Shown here in pieces: positions 32,839 to 42,922 of a DNA stretch of 64,000 bases. Position numbers and translations under genes: made by a program. The stretch is taken from contig JBMNJT010000002.1 of assembly GCA_050951805.1 (NCBI GenBank), positions 384,001 to 448,000 on the forward strand, written 5' to 3'. Source of the stretch: Bacillota bacterium. GTDB taxonomy: Bacteria; Bacillota; DTU025. The notes under the pieces were generated by a model, which had not been told where the DNA came from, did no database searches, and saw only the letters and a list, made by a program, of their open reading frames with translations. Positions within the stretch are counted from its first letter, which is position 1. Every line of letters begins with the position of its first letter.

Positions 32839-33807
32839 ATGCGGGCATTCATAGCGAGACGTATATTGATCATGATTCCCATGATGCTCCTGGCGTCGGT
32901 GATCTGTTTTTGGATCACAGAGCTTCAGCCTGGCGACTTTGTCAGTCAGTATCTGGATAACCCCAGGATATCACCGGAGCAGATCAGGCTGCTCAGGGAG
33001 AGACTAGGCCTCGACAAGCCAGCCCATGTCAGGTATTTCATGTGGCTGAAAGGCGTAGTCACCAAGTGGGACTTCGGTTACTCTTTCGCTTACGAACGGC
33101 CGGTCGGCGACCTCATATGGGAGCGAATGGGCTGGACGGTCACCATAGCCTTGCTCACAGTGGTCTTCCAGTGGCTTTTGGCCGTGCCGATGGGCATCTA
33201 CTCGGCCTTGCATCCCTATTCGCCCCTTGACTACACCCTGACCGTCATCGGGTTCATAGGGATCTCCGTTCCCGACTTCTTCCTCGCCCTAATACTTATG
33301 TACTGGTCGCTCAAGGCGGGCGCTACGTCTATAGGCGGGCTTTTTTCACCCCAGTTCATAGGCGCGCCGTGGAGTCTTGCGAAATTCGCCGACCTCCTGA
33401 GGCATCTTTGGATGCCCCTGGTCGTTGTGGGCTTGGGGGGCCTGGCCGGGCTGATGAGAGTCATGCGAGGCAACATGCTCGATGTCTTAGGATCGCCGTT
33501 TATCACATCGCTCAGGGCTTACGGCCTCGATGAGCGGACCGTCAAAAAGCATGCTGTGAAAAACGCCCTCAATCCCATGGTGAGCATTGCCGGGTCGGAG
33601 CTGCCCAACATATTTTCCGGGACAATAATTGCGGCCATCGTTCTCAATCTTCCGACGATGGGCCCGTTTTTCTATAACGCGCTGCTCAATCACGACCAAT
33701 ACCTGGTCATGGCTTTTCTGATGTTCATCGCACTCATTACGCAGATCGGGAATTTGCTTGCCGACATCGCGCTTGCCTTCCTCGATCCGAGAATAAGGAT
33801 GAGCTAG
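32839..33807 (+). CDS. Opp/Dpp ABC permease (OppB-like)
   Basis: GLDKP, DFGYSF, HAVKNAL, LDPRI. Confidence 0.92.
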   Translation: MRAFIARRILIMIPMMLLASVICFWITELQPGDFVSQYLDNPRISPEQIRLLRERLGLDKPAHVRYFMWLKGVVTKWDFGYSFAYERPVGDLIWERMGWTVTIALLTVVFQWLLAVPMGIYSALHPYSPLDYTLTVIGFIGISVPDFFLALILMYWSLKAGATSIGGLFSPQFIGAPWSLAKFADLLRHLWMPLVVVGLGGLAGLMRVMRGNMLDVLGSPFITSLRAYGLDERTVKKHAVKNALNPMVSIAGSELPNIFSGTIIAAIVLNLPTMGPFFYNALLNHDQYLVMAFLMFIALITQIGNLLADIALAFLDPRIRMS

Positions 33808-33809
33808 GG

Positions 33810-34910
33810 GTGTCCACCATGGAAGGAACCAGGAAAAGAATTGCTGACAGCTTCTTCAAACACAAACTGGGTATGGTTGGCCTTGTTGTACTGATCATCT
33901 TCTACCTCGTTGTGATATTTGCCGATTTTGTGGCCCCCTACAACTTCGCCGAAACGCACAGAAACTTCATCTATGCGCCTCCTTCCAAGGTGAAGTGGGT
34001 TGACAGCTCTGGCAAATGGGTGGGGCCCCACATTCACGAAATGGTAAAGAGCAGGGATCCGGTCACGTATGAGCTGGTATATGCCGAGGATCCCGACAGT
34101 GTAGTTCCCCTGAAGTTCTTCGTGAGGGGGGAGAAATACAGGTTCCTCGGACTGTGGGAATCGGACTTGCACCTCTTCGGAGTAGAGGCATCTCCTGAAA
34201 AGGCGATGTTTCTGGTCTTTGGCGCCGACAGGTTTGGCCGCGACCTGTTTTCCAGGATAGTGATAGGCGGCAGGGTGTCGATGACCGTGGGACTGCTCGG
34301 AACCTTCCTCAGCGTGTTCATTGGCGCCATAGTTGGGGCGCTTTCAGGCTACTACGGGGGTTGGGTTGACGTGCTGATCCAACGGTTCACCGAACTTCTC
34401 AGATCTTTCCCGAGGATCCCACTGTGGCTGGCGCTTGCAGTGATAATCCCTCCTAGTTGGCCAAGCACCTGGGTCTACTTTGGAATCGTGACCGTGCTCT
34501 CCCTCATCGGCTGGATGGGGGTGGCCAGGGTGATGCGGGGGATGACATTGAGCCTCAGGGAGAAGGAATATGTCCTCGCAGCGAAGGTGATGGGCGTCTC
34601 GGATTGGAAGATCATCACCAAGCACCTGATACCGAACACCTTGAGCTATCTCATTGTAGTTTCGACCCTTTCGATCCCAGGGATGATACTGGGCGAAAGC
34701 ACCATCAGCTTCCTTGGGCTGGGCATCAAGGAGCCCATGACCAGTTGGGGATTACTGCTCAGCCAGGCCCAGTCCTTAAGCGAGCTCGAAGCCCATCCAT
34801 GGCTGATGGTGCCCGGAATATTCATAATGATTGCCGTGCTTTCCTTCAATTTCGTGGGTGATGCGCTGAGGGACGCGGTAGATCCGTATAGGACGGTAGA
34901 GAAGGTATGA
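33810..34910 (+). CDS. Opp/Dpp ABC permease (OppC-like)
   Basis: GADRFGRDLFSR, HLIPN, SFLGLG, GDALRDAVDP. Confidence 0.92.
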   Translation: MSTMEGTRKRIADSFFKHKLGMVGLVVLIIFYLVVIFADFVAPYNFAETHRNFIYAPPSKVKWVDSSGKWVGPHIHEMVKSRDPVTYELVYAEDPDSVVPLKFFVRGEKYRFLGLWESDLHLFGVEASPEKAMFLVFGADRFGRDLFSRIVIGGRVSMTVGLLGTFLSVFIGAIVGALSGYYGGWVDVLIQRFTELLRSFPRIPLWLALAVIIPPSWPSTWVYFGIVTVLSLIGWMGVARVMRGMTLSLREKEYVLAAKVMGVSDWKIITKHLIPNTLSYLIVVSTLSIPGMILGESTISFLGLGIKEPMTSWGLLLSQAQSLSELEAHPWLMVPGIFIMIAVLSFNFVGDALRDAVDPYRTVEKV

Positions 34911-35896
34911 CAACTGCATGCGAACGTATCCTCACTGTGTCGAACCTGAAAACGTATTTCCGCACGCCCGATGGCATCGTGCGCGCAGTCGACGATGTCA
35001 GTTTCCACCTAAACCGGGGCGAGGTCCTGGCCTTAGTGGGCGAATCCGGCTGTGGAAAGAGTGTGACTGCCCATTCCATAATGGGGCTGGTAAAAGCGCC
35101 TCCCGCAAAACTTGAGGGAAGCATCGTCTTTGACTGCCGCGAGCTGATCGGGCTTTCGTCCAGCGAATATCGAAAGATAAGAGGCATGCAGATCAGCATG
35201 GTCTTTCAGGAGCCCATGTCGTCATTTGACCCCCTGTACACAGTAGGCGAACAATTGATGGAGGTGGCACAAGCTCACATGCCGTGGGGTGAGGAAGAGG
35301 CGAAGGAGAGGATCATCGAGACATTGAGGCTTGTCCACATTCCCGAGCCCGATAAGCGCTACAGCGAGTACCCCCACCAGATGAGCGGAGGCATGCTCCA
35401 GAGGATCATGATAGCCATGGCTCTCATTACGAGCCCTAAGATCATAATCGCAGACGAACCCACGACGGCCCTGGATGTTACCATTCAGGCTCAGGTTTTA
35501 AACCTCATGCAGGACATCCAGAGCGAGTACGACGGTTCCATAATATTCATAACTCACGACCTCGGCACAGTGGCAGAGATTGCGGACCGGGTTCATGTGA
35601 TGTATGCAGGCAAGATAGTGGAGAAGGCGTCCGTTGTGGAGCTCTTTGACAACCCCCTGCACCCATACACAGCGGGGCTTTTGGCCTCCCGTGTCCGACG
35701 AGAATACAAGGGCCAAGACCTGCCATACATCGAAGGCTACGTGCCCAGAGCCGACCAGTTTCCCGAAGGGTGTAGGTTCAACCCGAGGTGTCTGCGGGCA
35801 ACGGCCAAGTGCAGGGAACTTCAGCCTCCCGATCTCGAGCCTGCGCCTGGCCATACCGTTGCCTGCTGGCTTTATGAGGGGGGTGATGGAAGATGA
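34907..35896 (+). CDS. Opp/Dpp ABC ATPase (OppD-like)
   Basis: GESGCGKS, MSGGMLQR, DEPTTALD, C-terminal C-x-F-x-PRC. Confidence 0.93.
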   Translation: MTTACERILTVSNLKTYFRTPDGIVRAVDDVSFHLNRGEVLALVGESGCGKSVTAHSIMGLVKAPPAKLEGSIVFDCRELIGLSSSEYRKIRGMQISMVFQEPMSSFDPLYTVGEQLMEVAQAHMPWGEEEAKERIIETLRLVHIPEPDKRYSEYPHQMSGGMLQRIMIAMALITSPKIIIADEPTTALDVTIQAQVLNLMQDIQSEYDGSIIFITHDLGTVAEIADRVHVMYAGKIVEKASVVELFDNPLHPYTAGLLASRVRREYKGQDLPYIEGYVPRADQFPEGCRFNPRCLRATAKCRELQPPDLEPAPGHTVACWLYEGGDGR

Positions 35897-36906
35897 AGAT
35901 ACTGTCCACAACGGGGCTGAAGAAGTACTTTCCCATAAGGTCGGGGGTGTTTCTGCAAGTTACAGGGTATGTAAGGGCACTGGAATCGACCGACTTCGAG
36001 ATAAACGAAGGAGAGACCATCGGCATCGTCGGCGAGTCCGGGTGCGGCAAGAGTACCCTCGGGAGGACGTTGGTGAAGATCTACGAGCCCACTGCAGGGA
36101 CGATAACCTACTATGATCCTCTCGGGGCGAGCCACGACATCTCAAAAGGCCTTGGCCGAGATGTGAGGCAGACATTTAGAAAAGACGTGCAGATGATATT
36201 CCAAAACCCCTTCGATTCACTCAATCCGAGGATGACAATACGGGACATAATCCGCGAACCCATCGAGACCCACAAACTCTTCGATGACGTGGCGGCAATG
36301 GATGAGCGTGTCGCAGAACTTTTGACCCGGGTGGGCTTGTACCCCGAATACGCCCAGAGATATCCCCATGAGTTCTCCGGAGGCCAGCGACAGCGGATCG
36401 CGGTGGCGCGCTCGATCGCGGTCAATCCTAGGCTTCTCATATGCGATGAGCCCACGTCGGCTCTGGACGTCTCCGTTCAGAGCCAGATCATCAACTTGCT
36501 AAAGGAGATACAGCGGGAGACGGGCATGTCTCTCATCTTCATCTCCCACAATCTGGACGTGGTCCATCACATGAGCGACAGGATCATGGTGATGTACCTT
36601 GGCAATGTTGTGGAATCAGCGCCTGCCTCGGAGCTTTTCGACGAACCGGCTCACCCCTACACGAGTGCGTTGATGTCGGCCATCCCCAGCTGGAATCCGA
36701 AAGACCGCAAGCTGGCTAAAGTCAAGCTTGAGGGGGAACCGCCCAGCCCCATCAATCCGCCGTCGGGTTGCCCGTTCCATCCGAGGTGTCCGCACGCGAT
36801 GGAGCTTTGTCATGAGATCAAGCCCGAGCCGCAAGAGGTGAACGATGGACACCTGTGCGCCTGCCATCTGCATGCTCGGGCGGATGCAGAGGTTGCTGCG
36901 AGGTAG
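35893..36906 (+). CDS. Opp/Dpp ABC ATPase (OppF-like)
   Basis: GESGCGKS, FSGGQRQR, DEPTSALD, GCPFHPRC. Confidence 0.93.
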   Translation: MKILSTTGLKKYFPIRSGVFLQVTGYVRALESTDFEINEGETIGIVGESGCGKSTLGRTLVKIYEPTAGTITYYDPLGASHDISKGLGRDVRQTFRKDVQMIFQNPFDSLNPRMTIRDIIREPIETHKLFDDVAAMDERVAELLTRVGLYPEYAQRYPHEFSGGQRQRIAVARSIAVNPRLLICDEPTSALDVSVQSQIINLLKEIQRETGMSLIFISHNLDVVHHMSDRIMVMYLGNVVESAPASELFDEPAHPYTSALMSAIPSWNPKDRKLAKVKLEGEPPSPINPPSGCPFHPRCPHAMELCHEIKPEPQEVNDGHLCACHLHARADAEVAAR

Positions 36907-36953
36907 TTGAGTTAGGCGCCCCAGGCCACAAGCTGGCGTGACCGGCGCGGAAA

Positions 36954-37883
36954 GTGGTGGTGCTTGTGGAGAATATGGACTACGCTGATCTTGCCACAGA
37001 GGAAACGAACCCCAGATCCCGTGGGCTAGACCGGATGAGCACAGTGCAGATCCTTGAGGTTATGAACGAGGAGGATCGGCGCGTGCCCGAGGTCGTAGCC
37101 AGGGCTATTCCGGAGATCGCAAAGGCTGTTGACATGATCGTGGCGCGTATGGCCGCAGGCGGAAGGCTCCTGTACGTGGGCGCCGGGACTAGCGGGCGCC
37201 TGGGGATCCTGGATGCCGTGGAATGCGTCCCCACGTTCGGAGTAGATCCAAACCAGGTTTCTGCCGTGATCGCCGGCGGACCTGGAGCCGTATTCCATTC
37301 TGTTGAAGCCGCAGAGGATGACGAGTCGTCAGGGGTTCGCGATGTTGCGGAGTCAATCACGGAATTGGATGTTGTGGTTGGAATATCCGCAAGCGGCGTT
37401 ACCCCTTACGTTCAGGGAGCATTGAAAGCGGCGAAAGAAGTCGGCGCGGGCACTGTGGCGATCGTGTGCAACCACGCCGATAAGCTGGACCTTGATGTAG
37501 ATGTTGTTATATCCCTGCCCGTCGGCGCTGAAGTGCTCACAGGCTCCACCCGCCTCAAAGCCGGAACTGCCCAAAAGCTCGTCCTTAACATGATATCCAC
37601 TGCCACAATGGTCAAGCTGGGCAAGGTGTACGACAACCTCATGGTGGACATGCAGGCGACCAACAGGAAACTGAAGCGTCGTGCTGTGAGAATCGTATCC
37701 ACCGTCACGGGGCTGGATGAAGAGGTCAGCGAGGATTTGCTGGATAAGGCGGGCGGGAACATCAAGACCGCCATCGTTATGGCGTTGGCATCAGTCAATA
37801 GGCGCGAGGCCGAGCGTGCTCTGGAGAAGGCGTGTGGGCACACCAGAAATGCGGTACAGGCGGCCATAGAGCGCACGAGGTGA
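36954..37883 (+). CDS. murQ: N-acetylmuramic acid 6-phosphate etherase
   Basis: TEETNP, GAGTSGRLGILDAVEC, GSTRLKAGTAQK, NLMVDM. Confidence 0.95.
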   Translation: MVVLVENMDYADLATEETNPRSRGLDRMSTVQILEVMNEEDRRVPEVVARAIPEIAKAVDMIVARMAAGGRLLYVGAGTSGRLGILDAVECVPTFGVDPNQVSAVIAGGPGAVFHSVEAAEDDESSGVRDVAESITELDVVVGISASGVTPYVQGALKAAKEVGAGTVAIVCNHADKLDLDVDVVISLPVGAEVLTGSTRLKAGTAQKLVLNMISTATMVKLGKVYDNLMVDMQATNRKLKRRAVRIVSTVTGLDEEVSEDLLDKAGGNIKTAIVMALASVNRREAERALEKACGHTRNAVQAAIERTR

Positions 37884-37889
37884 GGAGAA

Positions 37890-38918
37890 ATGCCTGCTGA
37901 ACGATTTCCTCTTTTACCAGGCGTTGGACACGGAGGCGAAGCCGGACTCCTTTTGGGTGTAGACGGCGGCGGGACGAGGACAGATTGTCTGCTTGCCACC
38001 CTGGACGGCGTTGTAATAGGCCGAGGATCCTCCGGCCCTTCCAACCTTCAAGCGGTCGGAATTGATGTGGCGGTTTGTGAGATAGAAAAGGCCGTCAGAT
38101 TGGCCATGCGCGAGGCGGCATGTTCCGGCGGGACGGCGAGAATCACTTCGGCATGCTTCGGCCTAGCGGGCGCCGGCCGTAAGCGCGACCGCGACATGAT
38201 TGAAATGAGGCTTCGTCAGCTGCTTGCAGAAGTCTGTTCCCCGGATGCGCCGTTTCCTGCGCTCACCGTGGTCAACGATGGGATCATTGCGCTTGCCGGG
38301 GCGAATGCGGGCGAGCCCGGCGTAGTAGTGATCGCGGGGACCGGATCCTTGGCGTATGGCGTGTCGCCTGATGGCCGGGAGGCGCGAGCAGGGGGATGGG
38401 GATACATCCTCGGGGATGAGGGTTCTGCATACGATATTGGAGTTAAAGGGCTCCGTGAGGCGCTCCGGGCGGCGGACGGGAGGCAGATTCCCACATGTTT
38501 GACGGAAGACCTCGCTGTTGCGCTCGAGATCGAAGAGATTGAAGATGTTGTTTCAGTGGTGTATTCGGGGATGACGAGACCGGAGATCGCGGCGCTAGCC
38601 CCTGTAGTTGCCAAGGCGGCCGAAAAGGGAGATCATGTCGCACAGGACATAGTTGTCGATGCGGGCCGAGAACTTGGACTGATGGCCTTAGCGGTAATCC
38701 ATCGACTCGGGATGAGCGGCGGCGCTGGCAACGTTGCAGCCGTCGGCGGCGTGCTCGAGTCCAACGAGATGGCGCTCGACGCCATGCGAGGCAGGGTGAA
38801 GGTATCGGCGCCCGCGTGGTCTGTTGAGCGAGGCAAATTTTCGCCGGCGGTTGGCGCCCTGCTTGTCGCCGGACGGGCGATTGGGGGCGGCTCGATCGAC
38901 GAGGACCACGCCAGATAA
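37890..38918 (+). CDS. BadF/BadG-type GlcNAc/MurNAc kinase
   Basis: GVDGGGT, VND, IAGTGS, GGWGYILGDEGS. Confidence 0.88.
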   Translation: MPAERFPLLPGVGHGGEAGLLLGVDGGGTRTDCLLATLDGVVIGRGSSGPSNLQAVGIDVAVCEIEKAVRLAMREAACSGGTARITSACFGLAGAGRKRDRDMIEMRLRQLLAEVCSPDAPFPALTVVNDGIIALAGANAGEPGVVVIAGTGSLAYGVSPDGREARAGGWGYILGDEGSAYDIGVKGLREALRAADGRQIPTCLTEDLAVALEIEEIEDVVSVVYSGMTRPEIAALAPVVAKAAEKGDHVAQDIVVDAGRELGLMALAVIHRLGMSGGAGNVAAVGGVLESNEMALDAMRGRVKVSAPAWSVERGKFSPAVGALLVAGRAIGGGSIDEDHAR

Positions 38919-38973
38919 CGTCTGTAGTTGATGGGGCAGTTGGGTGGCTGGGTGATGGAAAGGCGGGGGTAGA

Positions 38974-40617
38974 ATGGAACTGCTTGATTCCATGAACATT
39001 GAAGAAAAAATAGGGCAGATGGTAATGGTGGGTCTGGATGGCCCCGAGCTTACGTCATCTGATCAGGAATTTATCGACAAGTACAAGATCGGCAACGTAG
39101 TCTTCCTCGGAAGGAACATAATCGATCCGAAGCAGGCACAGTCTCTCACCTACGGGCTCCAGGAGACCGCCTCCAGGCGCCGCCATCCAATAGGATTCCT
39201 CCTCTCCATCGACCAGGAGGGCGGGGTGGTTGCCCGGCTGACAAGGGGCGGGACTGTGTTTCCTGGGAACATGGCCCTCGGGGCGACCCGGTCAGAGGAG
39301 TACGCACGCCGGGCAGCCAAGGTGACGGCGGACGAGATGCTTGCCCTGGGATTTAACATGAACCTCGCGCCGGTACTCGATGTTAACAGCAATCCCAACA
39401 ACCCCGGGATAGGGGTCCGCTCATTCGGGGAGGACGTCGATATGGTGACCCGGCTCGGAGTTGCGACTATCGAGGCTTACCAGGCCTCGGGGGTGGTAGC
39501 CACTGCAAAGCATTTTCCGGGGAAGGGCGATGTCACAGTAGACTCCCACCTCGACCTGCCTACCGTTCCCCATAACAGAGAGAGGTTGGAGAGGGTGGAG
39601 TTTGCCCCGTTTGCAGCTTCCATACGAGCAGGGGTTGGGGCCGTCATGACCGCCCACGTATTTTTCCCGGCCGTGGAGGCGGAACCTGACCTTCCGGCGA
39701 CTCTTTCCCGAAAAGTGCTCACGGGCCTGCTCAGGGAAGAGCTGGGGTTTGGCGGAGTGCTGCTCACAGACGACCTCTTCATGGGCGCCATCGCGAAAAG
39801 GTTTTCCATCGACGAGGCGGCAGTGCGGGCGCTGGAGGCTGGGGCGGATATCGCTCTGCTCTGTCACAATCAGGCCGAGCAGGCCGTGGCGATTGAGGGC
39901 ATATGGGATGCTGTGAGGAGTGGAAGGATCTCAGAGGAGAGGGTGGATGAATCGGTCAGGCGAATTTTGGGGCTCAAGGAACGTTTCGGCTTGCTTGCTC
40001 CAGAGAGATACCTCGTCCGACGCAGCCTGAAGCCGGTAGGAAGCCCGGAAAATCGTCGTGTTGCCCTGGAGATCGCAAGGGATTCGGTGACCCTTGTTGC
40101 GAATAGACAGGCACTCATTCCCATGACGCCGGAGGATTACCCGGGCCTTGTAGTCATGTCTCCCGACATCCGAGGGCTGACACAGGTCGAAGACGGTCAA
40201 CTGGCGGAATCTCCGCTTGTTGCAGAGATCAAGCGCTTTGTTCCTGGGGTTCGGGATTTCGGTTTTTCCCAGTCCCCCGATGAACGGGAAATAGCGGAGG
40301 CGGTCAGTTTTGCGAGCGCCAAAGATGCGGTGATTATCGGCACATACAACGCCCACCTCTACCGAGAGCAAGGCAGACTGGTCAGGGCTTTGCTGGAGGC
40401 GCTCGATCCAAACATCCCCGTGGTGGTTGTGGCGCTCAGGAATCCATACGACATTCAACAGTTCCCGTCTGCAGAGACGTACATAGCCGCCTACGGGTTC
40501 AGGGAGTGCACGATGCGAGCCGTGGCGGAACTTATCTTCGGCGCGATCGCGCCCAAAGGGAGGCTGCCCGTTTCCATCCCGGGGATATGCGCTTGCGGGG
40601 CCGGGTTGACTCAATAG
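38974..40617 (+). CDS. nagZ: GH3 beta-N-acetylglucosaminidase
   Basis: IDQEGG, KHFPGKG...DSH, TDD, C-terminal domain with RNPYD. Confidence 0.92.
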   Translation: MELLDSMNIEEKIGQMVMVGLDGPELTSSDQEFIDKYKIGNVVFLGRNIIDPKQAQSLTYGLQETASRRRHPIGFLLSIDQEGGVVARLTRGGTVFPGNMALGATRSEEYARRAAKVTADEMLALGFNMNLAPVLDVNSNPNNPGIGVRSFGEDVDMVTRLGVATIEAYQASGVVATAKHFPGKGDVTVDSHLDLPTVPHNRERLERVEFAPFAASIRAGVGAVMTAHVFFPAVEAEPDLPATLSRKVLTGLLREELGFGGVLLTDDLFMGAIAKRFSIDEAAVRALEAGADIALLCHNQAEQAVAIEGIWDAVRSGRISEERVDESVRRILGLKERFGLLAPERYLVRRSLKPVGSPENRRVALEIARDSVTLVANRQALIPMTPEDYPGLVVMSPDIRGLTQVEDGQLAESPLVAEIKRFVPGVRDFGFSQSPDEREIAEAVSFASAKDAVIIGTYNAHLYREQGRLVRALLEALDPNIPVVVVALRNPYDIQQFPSAETYIAAYGFRECTMRAVAELIFGAIAPKGRLPVSIPGICACGAGLTQ

Positions 40618-40636
40618 GGAGGAGAGTCGGGTCGCT

Positions 40637-41833
40637 TTGTGTTCAACGATGAAGGTTGTGGGCCTTATGTCAGGCACATCCGCTGACGGCATAGATGCTG
40701 CCCTAGTGGAGATAGAGGATCGGGATTCGGGCCTGAAAGCGGAGACGTTGGCGTTTGGCAATTACCACTATCCTGAGAGAGTGAGAGAGAAGATATTCGA
40801 GCTTTTCTCCCCCAAAACGTCTTCAGCGGATAGAATATGCAGGTTCAACTTCGTGCTGGGCAGGCTCTTTGCAGATGCTGCGGTTTCTGTAATAGAGCAG
40901 GCGGGCTTGGAATTGGGAGATGTAGATCTCGTGGCCATGCACGGCCAGACCGTATGCCATCTGCCCTGGGCAGGAGAAGGGGAGTTCCAAGTCCCTTCAA
41001 CACTCCAAATAGGCGAGCCCGCGGTAGTGGCCGAGCGCACCGGCATAACCGTCATCTCGAACTTCAGGTCGCGCGATATTGCAGCAGGCGGCCAGGGGGC
41101 TCCATTGGTACCTTATGCCGATTACATCCTCTTTCGCCATGAGGACAAGACGAGGGTTGTGCAGAATATAGGGGGGATTGCCAATATGACGGTCCTGCCC
41201 CGCGGCGCGCGGCCTCAGGATGTGATCGCTTTCGACAATGGGCCGGGGAACATGGTGATAGATGCGGTGGTGAGCGAAGTCACTGGGGGATGCATGGATT
41301 ACGATGTGGACGGGGCTATTGCGGCAAGGGGCAGAGTGGTAGAGGAATTCGTGGCGGAGCTGATGGATCATCCTTTTGTGCGGATTGAGCCTCCCAAGAG
41401 CACGGGGAGAGAGGAATTCGGCGCGGAGTATGTAAAGAGTGTCATGGCTCGGGCGCGGACCTTAGGAATCGGCGACGAGGACATTGTCGCGTCTGTCACG
41501 GCTTTTACCGCTGAATGCATCGGCAAGCATCTGAGCGACTTGGTGGTGCCTGAATATGGGTTGGACGAGCTGATCATCGGGGGAGGCGGCGCCTACAATC
41601 CCACCTTGATGAGGATGATCAGGGAGCGAGTGGATCCTGTGCCTGTTGTAACTCACGAGGCGTATGGGATATCGAGCGATGCCAAAGAGGCCATCGCTTT
41701 TGCGATCCTCGGATATCTCGGCATACATGGGATCCCGGCGAATCTGCCTAGCGCGACCGGCGCCCATCACCAGGTTCTGCTCGGATCCATAACGCCCGGG
41801 CGCCGGTCGGAGAAGATATGGGATCGGCTTTAG
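40637..41833 (+). CDS. anmK: Anhydro-N-acetylmuramic acid kinase
   Basis: GLMSGTSADGID, HGQT, GGQGAPL, NIGGIAN, PKSTGRE, KEA. Confidence 0.95.
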   Translation: MCSTMKVVGLMSGTSADGIDAALVEIEDRDSGLKAETLAFGNYHYPERVREKIFELFSPKTSSADRICRFNFVLGRLFADAAVSVIEQAGLELGDVDLVAMHGQTVCHLPWAGEGEFQVPSTLQIGEPAVVAERTGITVISNFRSRDIAAGGQGAPLVPYADYILFRHEDKTRVVQNIGGIANMTVLPRGARPQDVIAFDNGPGNMVIDAVVSEVTGGCMDYDVDGAIAARGRVVEEFVAELMDHPFVRIEPPKSTGREEFGAEYVKSVMARARTLGIGDEDIVASVTAFTAECIGKHLSDLVVPEYGLDELIIGGGGAYNPTLMRMIRERVDPVPVVTHEAYGISSDAKEAIAFAILGYLGIHGIPANLPSATGAHHQVLLGSITPGRRSEKIWDRL

Positions 41834-41868
41834 GCTACACAAGGACACTTTGAGGGGGCAGGAGACAG

Positions 41869-42759
41869 ATGACAAATGACAGAGATGAAAACAGGGTGCA
41901 GCAGACTAAGAATGCCGACTACTGCCTCGTAACTATCCGCGGACGATATCCTTCTCTTGCTCCTGCCGAGCAGAAAGTCGCATTCTTCATCCTCGAGCAC
42001 CCTGAAGCCGCCGCCGAGATGACCTCGGTTCAGCTGGCTGCAGCTGCAGGAGTGAGCGAGTCGACTGTGGTGAAATGCTGCCAACGCCTTGGATTCACAG
42101 GATTTTCCCAATTCAAGTTGGCGTTGGTCAGAGAACTCGCTACCAGCAGGGAGGGTGCGTTCGGCGAAGTTGAGCCTGGAGACGATGTACCCGCCATCTG
42201 CGACAAGATATTCACGGCAACGCTTCAGGCGGTTGAAGATACAGCTAAGGTGCTTGACCCCTCCGAGGTTGCCCGCGCAGCAGAGGCCATACATCGTGCC
42301 AGACGGTTGTTCTTCTTCGGCGTAGGCTCCTCAGGGGTGGTTGCCCAAGACGCCCAGCTCAAGTTCATGCGCATAGGGATGACAGCCTTCAGCTATCTTG
42401 ATACCCATGCTCAGCTTACACAGGCTGCTCTGCTGAATCCAGAGGATGTGGCGGTGGTGATAACCTACTCAGGCCGGACGAGGGAGGCCATGGATGTCAT
42501 CGATCTTGCGCGGGAATGTGGGGCGTGTACGGTCTGCATCACGAATTTTCCGACTTCGCCCGCGGCTGTGGGCTCTGATATCGTGCTCTGCACCACGGCA
42601 CACGAGGCCACTGGGCTCAGGGGAGGGGCGATGACCTCTCGGCTGACACAGCTTGCCGTGATCGACTGCCTTTTCACCGCAGTGGCCATGAAAGAATCAG
42701 ACGAGGCAATGGAGCTCCTCATGAAAACCGTGGATGCCCTGGCATCGAGGAAGATCTAG
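41869..42759 (+). CDS. MurR/RpiR-family transcriptional regulator
   Basis: HTH GVSESTVVKCCQRLGFTGF followed by a SIS domain (GVGSS, YSGRT). Confidence 0.92.
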   Translation: MTNDRDENRVQQTKNADYCLVTIRGRYPSLAPAEQKVAFFILEHPEAAAEMTSVQLAAAAGVSESTVVKCCQRLGFTGFSQFKLALVRELATSREGAFGEVEPGDDVPAICDKIFTATLQAVEDTAKVLDPSEVARAAEAIHRARRLFFFGVGSSGVVAQDAQLKFMRIGMTAFSYLDTHAQLTQAALLNPEDVAVVITYSGRTREAMDVIDLARECGACTVCITNFPTSPAAVGSDIVLCTTAHEATGLRGGAMTSRLTQLAVIDCLFTAVAMKESDEAMELLMKTVDALASRKI

Positions 42760-42922
42760 ATGGCTTTCGAGTGGTGTTCGGAAGGTGGGGATATTGGTCC
42801 CTAGGTACGTTTTTCACTGCCTGCCAGAGAACCGGGGATTGGTGTGAAGTGATGGGGCTAGGAGGATCTGTGGCGTGATCAATCGAGCCGGACTGCAGCA
42901 GCCCGAAGTGGAGGGGTGGAAC